A DNA stretch of 31,883 bases from Rotaria socialis (Eukaryota). The notes below the pieces were generated by a model, which saw only the letters and a program-made list of their open reading frames with translations, was not told the DNA's origin and made no database searches. This document shows positions 12,324 through 23,249 of this stretch, piece by piece. The translations under genes were made by a program, and so were the position numbers. The stretch covers positions 186,001-217,883 of the forward strand of contig CAJNYD010000054.1 in the NCBI GenBank assembly GCA_905331295.1, read 5' to 3'. Numbering within the stretch: position 1 is the stretch's first letter; each line of letters begins with the position of its first letter.

Positions 12324-13433
12324 TCACGCCAGTCTGCAAAAAGCATTAGAGAAGACTCGTTCTAACTTACGATCAAATCTTTGCCTTAGTTCCAAGTGGA
12401 TGAAATGTTTGTTTATCGTGCGATTAAATCTAACACTTTTGACACGGAAACAAACGCCTGGTGTGATAAGTTCTTCTTCTTCTTGAGGATATTCGGAGTG
12501 TTCACTGAGATCAGCGATAAAAGCAAACAATACCTCCAAGATAAATAGTGTATTTCCAAATTCTACTGCTTTTTGAAAATTGCGACTGCAAGAAGTAAAT
12601 GCTTGAAACGATCGATATTCATTGGAATTCTTGGCCATATCTTCATACTTGGTAATTTGCTCGGGTTTCAAATGAGCTCCACGATACAGCGTTTTATTCC
12701 TTGTCGCTTTTTTATTGAATGGATCATCCCAGAGTAGTAAACAGAATGGTCCCAATGTACGAATTTTACTTCTCCATACTTGCTCATGTTCCTTTTCTCC
12801 TACTAATCTCATAGCCGCATTCAAAGTTGTGTACAGGAAACTCTCCAATGAGTAAAGATAAGCACAGCAATCCCATACTTCTTCCATATCTTCGTTCTTT
12901 GTTGCTTTGAGCATATTAGCCAAATGCTCGGCTTCTTTTTGTTTCTGAAGATATTTACCTTCTTCGATGATACCAAGGGCAGCTTTTTCGACAAGCATCG
13001 GGATCATATCTGGTTTTTTCGTTGGTAACTCTTCTGATTGAAGACCCAAGTCTCTTCTGACTTCGATGACGAACGGTGATACCCAACCATATCGACCACC
13101 AAATGAACGTCCAGAACTCACAGAAAGATCTACGAAACGTGCTTCTCTTAAATATTTATCTTCCCGCTTTCGTACCACTCGTTTTACAGGACGTTGTTTC
13201 TTACTATCAAGGTCGGATACTTCCAGATTATCTTGAAAATCAATATAATATCCGTCCAACAAAGCTCGTGGTTGTTTATTTGAGAATGCTTCTTCCATGA
13301 TTAAATTTTCTACGTCTGAATAGTGGCTCCACTCTTCTGGCTCGGATTTCGACCATGGATCCGGGTTAGACTTCCACATCCACTCAACCGTTTTTAAAGA
13401 ATCATTTGATTGTTCTGATGTTGCACAAGCCAT
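12324..13433 (-). CDS. WWE-domain-containing ADP-ribosyltransferase (R-S-E / ARTC-like catalytic domain)
   Basis: First ATG at 13433. N-terminal WWE-like segment (WMWKSNPDPW..EEWSHYSDVENLIMEEAF..YYIDF..QRPVKR). C-terminal ART motifs TLYRG, FTSCSRN and YPQEEEELI. A GTAAGT donor follows 12371, so the true C-terminus may be spliced (candidate mini-exon 12256-12249 giving ...FDHL-stop) rather than read to 12324. Confidence 0.88.
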   Translation of the reverse strand: MACATSEQSNDSLKTVEWMWKSNPDPWSKSEPEEWSHYSDVENLIMEEAFSNKQPRALLDGYYIDFQDNLEVSDLDSKKQRPVKRVVRKREDKYLREARFVDLSVSSGRSFGGRYGWVSPFVIEVRRDLGLQSEELPTKKPDMIPMLVEKAALGIIEEGKYLQKQKEAEHLANMLKATKNEDMEEVWDCCAYLYSLESFLYTTLNAAMRLVGEKEHEQVWRSKIRTLGPFCLLLWDDPFNKKATRNKTLYRGAHLKPEQITKYEDMAKNSNEYRSFQAFTSCSRNFQKAVEFGNTLFILEVLFAFIADLSEHSEYPQEEEELITPGVCFRVKSVRFNRTINKHFIHLELRQRFDRKLERVFSNAFCRLA

Positions 13434-14152
13434 AATTATCAATTTTTTCGCTTGTTTTCAAAGTTGAAAATACGTTAGTTTTGGTTTGTTTTATTATCTG
13501 AAATAGAGTTGTTACTTTATGTTTAATTTACGAAATCAATATAAATTCAATCATCATATTTATCGAATAAAGATGAAATAAAGAATTATTTTCTCTCATT
13601 TGTAGATACACAAATACCAAGTATCAGCATAGAATATACTAATCGATCTTATTTCATATCAGCAACATCATTTCTAATATGTAATATTATTAAAAAATGA
13701 CGTTGATACATGAAAAAATAATCGCAAAAATGTTCCTGCACACTACATTTCTGTCTGTAATATCATATCGTGCTGGGAGCTAGCTGATAATAGCTAATTA
13801 AACGTTAGGTTCTCAAAGAAAAAAACATTTATTATTATTTACATTGCATCATTATTTAATAAAGATAAGTTAGGAAATTTCGTTATCTTTATTTTTTAAA
13901 TAACAAAGATTTTTTCATTTATTTAGTTTCTTTTTAAAAAGATAAAGAATTTATTTACAGATATTTTTTATTTTACAGCAAAATAAAAAAAGTAACACCC
14001 TTAATCTGAAAAATGAATAATGGTCCAAAATATTTTGATATCGTTTTATTTTCTGCAAAACTGTGGGTGTGGCAATAGATCCTATACGATACTTTGCGTG
14101 ACAGGTATCAGTTTTTTTAGAGTAATGTTTTCTCATTCAGAACATGAAATAC

Positions 14153-14494
14153 GCTCAGTCACACTCCGGTATATATTCAACGCATGGGTTTTTCCTGGTG
14201 ACCCCGTCAAAAATTATACTATTCGATAGATAATGGAATTTTGCGTGTACGGAACCCGGGTGGAAACCCAACATAAACCAGATAACGAATCGAAGCTGGA
14301 AATACTTGAATACCATACGAAGGGAAGAAGTGAGAAAAGTCGGTCGGTGAAAGCAGTATACTGGGCGAAAATTTTCCGGACTGTTTTCACTGATTCCCGA
14401 CTAGCTTCCCACTCTTTCTCGCTAAAAATAACCCTAGATCATCGGAAAAAATGAAAACTTTCTCTGTGCCGGGGTCTGAAATTATCGACCTGAG
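14153..14494. mobile_element. Degraded MITE, possibly of the CCCAGGTCGA-terminus family
   Basis: Right end CCGGGGTCTGAAATTATCGACCTGAG resembles the TCGACCTGGG terminus at 31160. Left end CTCAGTCACACTCCGGTA partly complements it. The interior is locally GC-richer than the flanks. Confidence 0.35.
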
Positions 14495-14636
14495 TAGAAA
14501 AAAAGAATTAAAATACTTTTCAAAACATCTAAACCAATGATGTGAAAGTGAACAATATTACCTAGCACCTTCATCCTTATTCACTTGAAATTTTTCAATT
14601 TGCAAATTGCAATGCAATTAAAATAAGAGAATAGAT

Positions 14637-14800
14637 CCTATTCCGCGATAGTGAACATTGCGGACTCAGTTCCGCCCACAAAGTATATTCCTTCTAATAC
14701 CCAGAGTTCCGTCTGATTCCGGAATTGAGTGAGGATCCTGCTATTGCCATTTGTTGGGTGTGAGTGTAGCAGAGTAAAAAACGGGCTTACCCACACCCTC
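14637..14800 (+). repeat. Dispersed repeat, copy 1 (inverted homologue at ~27201-27358)
   Basis: CCTATTCCGCGATAGTGAACATTGCGGACTCAGTTCCG...TTCCGGAATTGAGT...ATTTGTTGGGTGT aligns with the reverse complement of the 27.2-27.36 kb segment (CCTATTCCACGGTGCTGAACATTGCGGAGCCAGTTCCG...TTCCGGAATTGAGT...ATTTGTTGGGTGT). Confidence 0.8.
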
Positions 14801-15904
14801 AAGAACTGATCGCAATGAATGATCATTCTAACGAAGTAAGCAGTCACCTAAGGGTGTGGGCGTGGGTGTGTTTAAAACTATGATTTCAAGCTTCACGTGA
14901 CACATTTCAATCAAGAATTAATTCGATCATCATCAGGCAGGTTGGAAACCGGCCAAACTGAATTTGATTTTTTGCTTATTCAAGAACAGCGCCTCGAATT
15001 CTCCAAAAAAAAGTCGAAGAGCTGTTGCTTTGTTTTTCTCGATGAATCGAGTTGCATGGTATCATTAACGAAAACTTGACGTTGGAGAATCGTTTTTTAC
15101 AGATTTTATTGTATGTGCACAATTAGATAGACGAGCTAATACTAATGATCATAATTACTATCGGAGAAATAATTTAGACATATAAGAACGTCATAATTAT
15201 GTTCTAACAAATAAAAAATTCAAATTTCATTTCTTTTAGTCATGAAAAAAAGATGTATTACTTAATCAAGTATTCAACTGTGAAAACTGAAGATTAATAT
15301 GGCTGATATTGCTTATTGGAAAAACTCATTCTCTTTTTTTTTTATTGTACGCCCTCACTCTGTTAGCTGTTGTTACTTGAGAAATTTTCAAATTCTAGAA
15401 TGTTTATTCACTGTACAGAAATACTGTAGATAGTCATTTTTTGGTCGCTAAAATTGATAGAATTCATTGCTGATTAGATACTAAAGTCAATATAAAACAC
15501 GTTCATTTATTTTTTGTCGTAATGCCTCAACTTATTTTTCATTTCAGAAAAAAAGAATAAACTTTTTTTCGCCTTTTAATAAATACAACTGATAGTACCA
15601 AATAAAAAATTAAAATGAACTCTACTTGATAAACACAACAGATATCATACTTATCTGATCACTTTTTCTCAATCTTTACAATACCTATAATTCACTATTC
15701 TTTATATTACATGTTACTGATTCAAACAGTACGATCAATCAATAATTGCAAAACATTATCATCTTGGAAAACTAGACATAAAAAAGAAAAGACAAAAATA
15801 AGTGTATGCTGATAGTCATGGAGAAAAATATGCTGTTTTATTTTCTTCAACGAGAGATAATGTGAATTATTTATAGTTTTAAGAGTAAAATAAAAAACAA
15901 ATGT

Positions 15905-16973
15905 TGTGGGTGTGGATGTCGATATCTACCTTGATAACATCACCCACACACCCAAGATTCGTTGATTTAATTCATATGAATTTATGTTAATATATATTAT
16001 TTAGTAATTGCCTGTTCAATTGTCATTATTTGGAATTGGAATAGATATTTCATTGAATTCTTCTTATATTTCATCTTGCTTAAATTTTGATATTATTTCT
16101 TTTTGTTTATGTTGAATAACAATAAATAATTGTATGTATGTTGGAATAAGTTGATGTAAGAAAAGAGTGTATATATATATTTCTTTTCTTATTCATGTCG
16201 ATTGTTGATAATGTAGCTATATAGCTTTGTCGATTGAATTTTTTTACTTTTTATTTTTCATGTATTTAAGTTACTACTAGCTAAGTTGATGTTTTGTTGT
16301 ATGAAATAATATTTATATATTAGTTTTTATAGATTTTGATGCACTCATATAATGAATGTAATCATTATTTTGTTTTCTCCTCTAATTATCTTCTATCTTA
16401 TGTTGTATTGTTTTGTTTACCTAAAAATATTTCATTTTCAACAATAATAAAGAAATTCTATTTAGGAAAACTATTGATTATTAAATTAGTTGTTTTTAAG
16501 TTAATAGGATGTAGTTGAATAGTTTTTTTTCTTCTTTGCAGTGGATTTATTATTCGAATCAAAGTTTAAAGTTCCTTTCTTATACGTCTTAATGATGAAA
16601 CAAACGATATTGATTTCAATTTTTTTGATTCGATGAATAAAACTTAGAATTAAAATTTTCTATATGAATTAAAAATGTGATTTTACTTGATATTGAATCT
16701 TGTATTTTTATCTACTAGACTATTTCCTTTTTTCTTACTTAACTTTCATTATATTCATATGAGAATTTTGTTTAAATTTATTTGCTCACTCGATTTTGAC
16801 GCAGTCGGCTTTTTTTCTATATTGTTTCATTCGATTTCTTATTATATCTGAAAGTGTGTCTATCTATTTGCCAAGAATTACGCAATTAGAATTCGTATAT
16901 AAATCGAAGCATCTGCTGGGTGTGGGTGTGGGTGATGTTATCAAGGTAGATATCGACACCCACACCCACACCC
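15905..16973. mobile_element. ~1.07-kb AT-rich element bounded by inverted repeats built from TGTGGG motifs
   Basis: 15905-15953 (TGTGGGTGTGGATGTCGATATCTACCTTGATAACATCACCCACACACCC) is the reverse complement of 16918-16973, with an identical central spacer. Weaker complementarity extends ~30 bp inward. Confidence 0.65.
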
Positions 16974-17425
16974 AATAATCCAGCAGTATATAGTTTTTGT
17001 ATATTCCAATAGTCTATTGTTATTCAGTTAAAATTGTAAGAAATTTTCTTAACAATTGCAAAAGAATACTCTCGCTACTTTTTGAAACACCCAACAACCT
17101 CAACATACGGAATTATGATTTTATTTATCATTGATAGAATTTCTATTTGAGTGTGAGGTTGTGACTGAAAGAAGAACAACATGAACATGAACATGTCTAC
17201 ATCCCGCAGTCGCACCAAACCAATGTTCAGATCGTTCTAACTTGTTGAAGAACAAAAGATACGCGATTTTTTAGGTGGCGCAGCAAATGTCAACGTATTT
17301 ACAGAATTGATTTTAATTCAAATTCGATACAAGACAATCAATATTTGACAGAAGTACAACTACAGATAATTGAGATTTACAGCAAAAGCAAATGTAAGTA
17401 CAAGAAAAGATGATAGTCAACGAGA

Positions 17426-17776
17426 CTATACGATTTCTGCCCTTTGAAAGCAACGGTTCTGGTGATGATCAACTTGGAATTGATGCTTGTACTTGTCAAC
17501 TAATAATCGATACCATCGGCGATAACACCCTGATACATTTCGTCGATCAGGCTCATCAGTATTGATGGTAGCAACGGAACGATATGGACGCACAATATCA
17601 TAATAAAACATGATTATCATCAACAGCAAGTAGACAGATGACAATACAATACCAAACAGAAATAGGGCGTTGTTTGGACACTTCTTTTCCTGTAACAAAG
17701 GAATAAGACTATATAGTAAAATAATTCCGAGGCTATGAATATTCGAAGTTGCTTCAAAAACGACAGTGACTATCAA
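17426..17776 (-). CDS. Possible small membrane protein or gene fragment (two hydrophobic segments followed by a polar tail)
   Basis: 116-codon ORF with TM-like stretches (LGIILLYSLIPLL; ALFLFGIVLSSVYLLLMIIMFYY) in otherwise stop-rich DNA. The ORF starts at a non-ATG codon and no family is recognised. Confidence 0.35.
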   Translation of the reverse strand: MIVTVVFEATSNIHSLGIILLYSLIPLLQEKKCPNNALFLFGIVLSSVYLLLMIIMFYYDIVRPYRSVATINTDEPDRRNVSGCYRRWYRLLVDKYKHQFQVDHHQNRCFQRAEIV

Positions 17777-17991
17777 CTATTTTCTACCACAAAACGAAGT
17801 TATCTGAACGATTTCGAATAACTGAAGCATACTAATAGTTTCCTCGTTATCTATGCTCAAATTTTCCACTCAATAGAAACATTAATGATGTATACGCTTT
17901 CAGAATTTCGATTAAGTCAGATACTGTTTTGAGTGCTCTATACAGTTCCCCAATTCAACGTCAACTTTAGATTTTATGTAAGACGCAATGC

Positions 17992-18450
17992 GTGGAAAAA
18001 TTCAGCAGGTTTTATTTTATTTTTATTGATACATTTTCTAATAGAGCTTGATAAAACTTTTGTTATGAATGACATCAAGCCGAGAAAAAAATCGAATCGT
18101 ACTTTTAATGTGCGTAATTCAGTGGTTCTAATGGGACACAGAACTTCGCATTACCACAACTATACTAGATGGGCATTTAACTTTAAAATAAATCAATTTT
18201 CCACTCGTATACTACATTTTCGAGGAAAAACCAGCAAAAAACACACTTAAAAAATTTGGCATAACACAAATAAAATAAACATGAAATATTTTCTCAAATG
18301 AGCGTTTTTCCAATTTTTAGACTTTTTGAATGTTTCTAACTTGAAAGATCGTTCTAATCACTAAACAACATTTATTTGTGATTAACTTATCAAGCTCTAT
18401 CAGAAAATGTATCAATAAAATAAAATAAAAAAAATCTGCTCAATTTTTAC
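17992..18450. mobile_element. MITE-like element with ~63-bp terminal inverted repeats
   Basis: 17992-18054 (GTGGAAAAATTCAGCAG...TTATTGATACATTTTCTAATAGAGCTTGATAA) complements 18387-18450 (TTATCAAGCTCTATCAGAAAATGTATCAATAA...CTGCTCAATTTTTAC). Confidence 0.75.
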
Positions 18451-18488
18451 ATTAGTTGCACTTTTCTATATGTAAAATTTGACCTATT

Positions 18489-18681
18489 GGTATGATGGAA
18501 AAAGACAGAAAGGAAAATATCGAAAACGAAAATAATACAAATGCCGATAGATAGAAATGTTGAAAATGAGAGCGTATTAACGTACAAATCTCCCTCAACC
18601 TCAGCCTCAATCTTACATATTCACCTTCACCACACATTTTCGTTTTCGACATTTTTCCTTTCTGCCTTTTCCCATCCATTC
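18489..18681. mobile_element. Short MITE of the GGAAAAGGCAGAAAG TIR family
   Basis: Left GATGGAAAAAGACAGAAAGGAAAATATCGAAAACGAAAAT pairs with right ATTTTCGTTTTCGACATTTTTCCTTTCTGCCTTTTCCCATC. Confidence 0.75.
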
Positions 18682-21600
18682 GAGCTACCTTCATGATTCA
18701 AGTAAAGTAACGGGCATTAGGCTTGGTGTGGCCAACGACGAACTTACGTATCAGAGCCTGAGCTGCATCTACGAATTGGGTGTGGGAAAACAGATGCAAT
18801 GGTTCGAATCAATTGGACTTATTTTGTATTCAACTTGATCTGATTCGACCTACGGCTGAGAAAGTCTAGCGCGAGACTGACTCCATTCCAGTCTTTTTTT
18901 CTTTAAATCTAATTTAGATTCAAGTGGTCCTATTTCTAAAGAAAAAGTCAAATCGATTTGCTTTTGTGCTGCGATACCCAATAAGTTAGTGAAAAACGTA
19001 ACTACTTGACCTGATTTTAACATGTAGCGCTATAAAGAAGTTATTTTTGTCAAGTCATTTTATTTCAGCTTGAGGAGAAAAAGGAAATTCGATTTTGCGT
19101 CGCTAGTTTTCAAGAGAAATTTGTATACATGGTAAAAAACGAGATACTATGTGATCAACGACTAAGAAAAACGGCTTCATGATGTCATCCTATTTCATAA
19201 ACATGGTCGACGTGCAGTTACTCATGAAGAAAGTGTAATTTTTAAAAAGTCAATCTAGCAGGATTTAGTAGCTTATGAGACAAGTCTTTAAGAAATAACA
19301 TTTCCAAAAAGAAACATTTTTCCGATGCAAGTTTCAGAGAATTCTAATGACTACAAAATTTACATAAGAGCAGAATTTCAGCTTGAAATTCCTTTGTTCA
19401 ATTTTTCTCTAGATACCTTGTCTTAAGTGAAAAAATCAGCAAAATGATCCTAATCTTCTTAGAAAATGATCTCCGACCTACGGATAAAATATCATTGCAA
19501 ACGATGTGAATCAATTGGGGACGTTACCACTGGTTCGTACAATATACTTTTAAGTATCAAGTACAATTTTAGGTCAGGCTCTGATTACAGCGCATTTAAA
19601 TTGAGTTTTACTATAGTTAGCTTTTTTTCCAGTGCTGGTTATATATTGAGAAAGAACAGACTTCAATGCATCGCATAATATATTGATCATAAGAAAACAA
19701 ATCAAAATCAAACAACGAAAAACACATGACAAAAAACAAATGCTAGATTTCTCATTAATAGTATACATCAGTTCCATATATGTAATATCATATTTTTCAT
19801 ATGCATTGCTTATTTCTTGTCTCGATAATGAATAAAACGCTTGTGAAAGTAGAGAAGAGGGATCTATCGTTACTCGATCCTCGGCGTTAGATATTTAACA
19901 GTAAGTTTAAGTTGCAGTTCTTTTCAGAATTTCTATTAATAGTACGAAATTACTATTTTTATTAATAAAATAGACAGATTTGTGAAAATGAACTTCTGAA
20001 TACTGATTTAGTCTTGCTGCAGATTACAGTGACAAAAAATAGCATCTTTTTTCTGATGTATTTTTTATTGTTTAATTCGATTCGCGCTATTTATGATAAA
20101 TACATCATGCGATGCAGAGAGTTCTACACTTTCTCGCTACATAGCCATTATTAAAAAAAGCAAGCTATAATAGTCTAAAGTAACAAATGCAAACGGACTC
20201 AAGTAAAATGTAATTACAATTTTTGAGTATCAAATGTACGAAAAGTACCAAGTACTGCATTGAGTGCCCAATCGCTGATGTGAACCGTGAGAAACAGATT
20301 CATTTCACTTACCAAACATTCTGCACGACGCCATAAACAGACAATCATCGTGATCAATCCCATGATACAAGAAATGAAAACGCCTGCAGCGTGTTGTTGA
20401 AAAGCAGAACATGAAGGACACCAAATGTACTGAAAGGAAAAAGAGTCAATGATAAAATTCCTTTCCGTTCATTCTAAATCATCATAATTCATAACCATCA
20501 AGTTTTAATAATACAAGCACTTTTGATTATTGACTAAGCTATACTGGGACTAGGGTGAGTTTACCGTCTCCAGAAGTTTCTTTTATTCAATAAGACTCAG
20601 TTGACCTGTGAGTATCGTTTTTATAATTTTCTCCTGGTTTCTCTAAGCCCCTTTTTAGCCTTCGTTGGTGATTACTTCTAATGACTATTGCTGATGATCA
20701 CAGTGCAACTATTTGACTGCTGCTAGAGCTGAAATTTTGACTGAAGACTTCAAATGATGTTCTCTATCTTTCCAGATCCCGAAACAAGCAATTAACTTTG
20801 CAGAAACAGTTTCCATTTCCTGTTATTTAATCCGCTAGAGCACATCATTCTGAGATTTCATTCATTTTTGAGTTACATTGACTTTCATATTTCTCGATTA
20901 GACGAGAGTAGTACAGCTCGAGGGCTAACCACCGCGATTTTTCTACTACCTGTCAAAAATGTGTAGCTTTCATTCGCTTGTAAAAACCATCGTGAATCAT
21001 ATGGTATCTATCAAACGATCGCTATATGATCATCTAGTTAGAGACCTCGTAGCAGAGATGCAGAATCTACTGTTAAAATGAAAAATTTCCCCGGCCAAAA
21101 CAAATTCTTCAACAATTCCCTGCTGCTATCGATGCACAAGAAAGAAATAGAAAATCAGTTGCACTATTTTCTACTAATAAATACAGCAGATAATCTGTGT
21201 AGGAAGCTCACATTCTAGTATCAACAAAATAAAACTTTTTCTCTTACTTTTTCATATTAAAAGAATTTCTTAGTCAATAATTTTACCGAAATTTCCACCA
21301 ACGCACATTGTCACTTATGGGTAGATTCTACGCGTCTATTTAGTACATACATTAATCATGATAATTGACTGGCACAGTCTCTAATGAAAGTATCTGAGAA
21401 ACTTTAAAAATAATCTTTCTTCCTATTAAAAGAACAAACTATAGACACAAAACTTATTTCAATCGGTCATTGTTAAGTCAGTAATTATCTTCGCAAATAT
21501 AAGCCTGGAGCTATTTAAAAGATGATAAATATAGATTTATGATGATGACTTACCGAGTGTTCTCGAGCCGACTCTGTTTTCGACATATCGTAACACTAAT

Positions 21601-21959
21601 TGAAAAAAAGTCGGAAAATTTTTATCCGAAATGAGACAAAAGGAGATCGAACAAGGAAAATTCTCTCTTTATCTAACAATATGTTTTATTAAAGAAAAAA
21701 ATTATCACATTGAACAGCAAAAAAAACGATTTAGGTATGGCAAAACGTTAGATTTTTTAAAAAAAAATTTTTCATCGATCTTTTCGGCGTGAAAAGATGG
21801 CCGAAACTACTTTCTTATAAGAATTGATAGAGCGAAGTCTGCTCTACAAAATCCTGTGTTTGATATTTCTCTGTCTACTATCTAGTAGGACAAAGAACAG
21901 GTACAGCATAAGGAAACTGCCTGTTAGATAGTTACGTTTACCGAACTCTTTATTTCTTC

Positions 21960-22570
21960 AACAAAATGTACTGTACACTTTGTTTCTTAAGAGCAAAGTG
22001 TACATTACACTTTACTTTTTTCAGCAAAGTGTATCAAAGTGTACAAAAGCCCAATTTTCATGATCAAGAAAACAAAACATAATTTTCGTCATTTTCTATT
22101 TCATGAAACAGATATTTTGATCACTAGCGAAAAAAAAATATCATACTTAATTAACGTAAAACTATATACTTAATTGATTTAAAATTATATGCGGCTTTTA
22201 AGGTTCAGAGATCAAAGAAATCAGAGTGTAAACTATTTTAGAAAAGTGTACATTGCACACTTTGTTTTTCTCGTACATGTCGAACTTGAAACTTGAATTC
22301 AACTGAAACTTCAAGTTTCAAGTTTCAAGGGTGTGGGTGCCGGGGAAGGGAGATACGCTTGTCTACACGCACATATGTACCCTTAATGTGGGTGCCGGGG
22401 AAGCAGTAGTGCCAGAGCAATAACGTTAAACCTGAAACTTGAAACTTGAAGTTTCAGTTGAATTCAAGTTTCAAGTTTGACACTACTGGTTTTTCTGGGC
22501 AAGTGTATAGCAGAGTGTAAATCAAAACTAGCAGATGTTCTGTACATTTTGCTTCTGCTGTGTACACTTG
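21960..22570. repeat. Region rich in AAAGTGTACA/TGTACACTTT motifs (old element), interrupted by the MITE at 22272
   Basis: AAGTGTA(CA) motifs recur in both orientations at ~21965-22045, ~22225-22262 and ~22500-22570. Confidence 0.55.
22272..22488. mobile_element. hAT-like MITE with an 8-bp target-site duplication
   Basis: 50-bp TIRs at 22278-22327 and 22433-22482 (1 mismatch), built of TTGAAAC repeats. Right terminus reads CAGTAGTGTC on the minus strand. Perfect TSD GTTTTTCT at 22264-22271 and 22489-22496. 8-bp TSDs with CAG ends are typical of hAT elements. Confidence 0.88.
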
Positions 22571-22761
22571 CCATTGGAAACACCGACTCGAATCACTTCA
22601 ACAACTCTAACATCTCCTCCAATACGACTTCACTTAGGTCTCTTGACCAATAGATAGATGTGAGAACAAAGAGAGATAGTGCTCTCAGATAGCGCCACTA
22701 CCTAATACCTCCACCCTTTGTTAGTGAACGGCTTCATCTGTTCACGAGAAAACAAACACAA

Positions 22762-22813
22762 GGGTGTGGGTGTGTCACTGAAAATAAGAATACGCGCACG
22801 CACACCCACACCC
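22762..22813. repeat. Mini cassette of inverted telomere-type repeats (GGGTGT)n-spacer-(ACACCC)n
   Basis: GGGTGTGGGTGTG-TCACTGAAAATAAGAATACGCGCACG-CACACCCACACCC: perfect 13-bp inverted ends. Confidence 0.8.
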
Positions 22814-23249
22814 ATGCATTAAATAAAATGAATTTTTGCCAGTAAAAAAATATAATTAACTTAAAAGAAAAAAATCAATTGAAGTTTTTGTTTTAAAAAG
22901 TCTGAGCAACTCCCATATAGACGATAAATACACATGTAAGTTATCAATCATTTATGGTAATTTTTGAGAATTCTGACATTTATTTGATTGGTTTATTAGT
23001 AATACGTTTAGATGATGCTCATAAGAAGAAGAAAAAATGCCATGCTGTATCGTTGTTTCATAGAAAAGAGAAAACCATATGTGAACCGATATGAAAGAGA
23101 ACAAAAAATAAATGTAATACTATCTCATAGTCGCTTCTCATTCTATTTGTTAGAAAGAAAAAGCAGACCGTTCATCGTCTTCCATCGCGTGAATATACTT
23201 CCATAATTTACCATCACTAGTATAAAAGCACAAAAACAAAAGGAAAAAA

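Noticed and set aside
12292..13300. Plus-strand ORFs 12292-12486 and 13076-13300
   Set aside because: Antisense to the ART gene with no recognisable motifs.
17933..18694. ORFs 17933-18250 and 18452-18694
   Set aside because: They coincide with MITE inverted repeats and show no protein-family signal.
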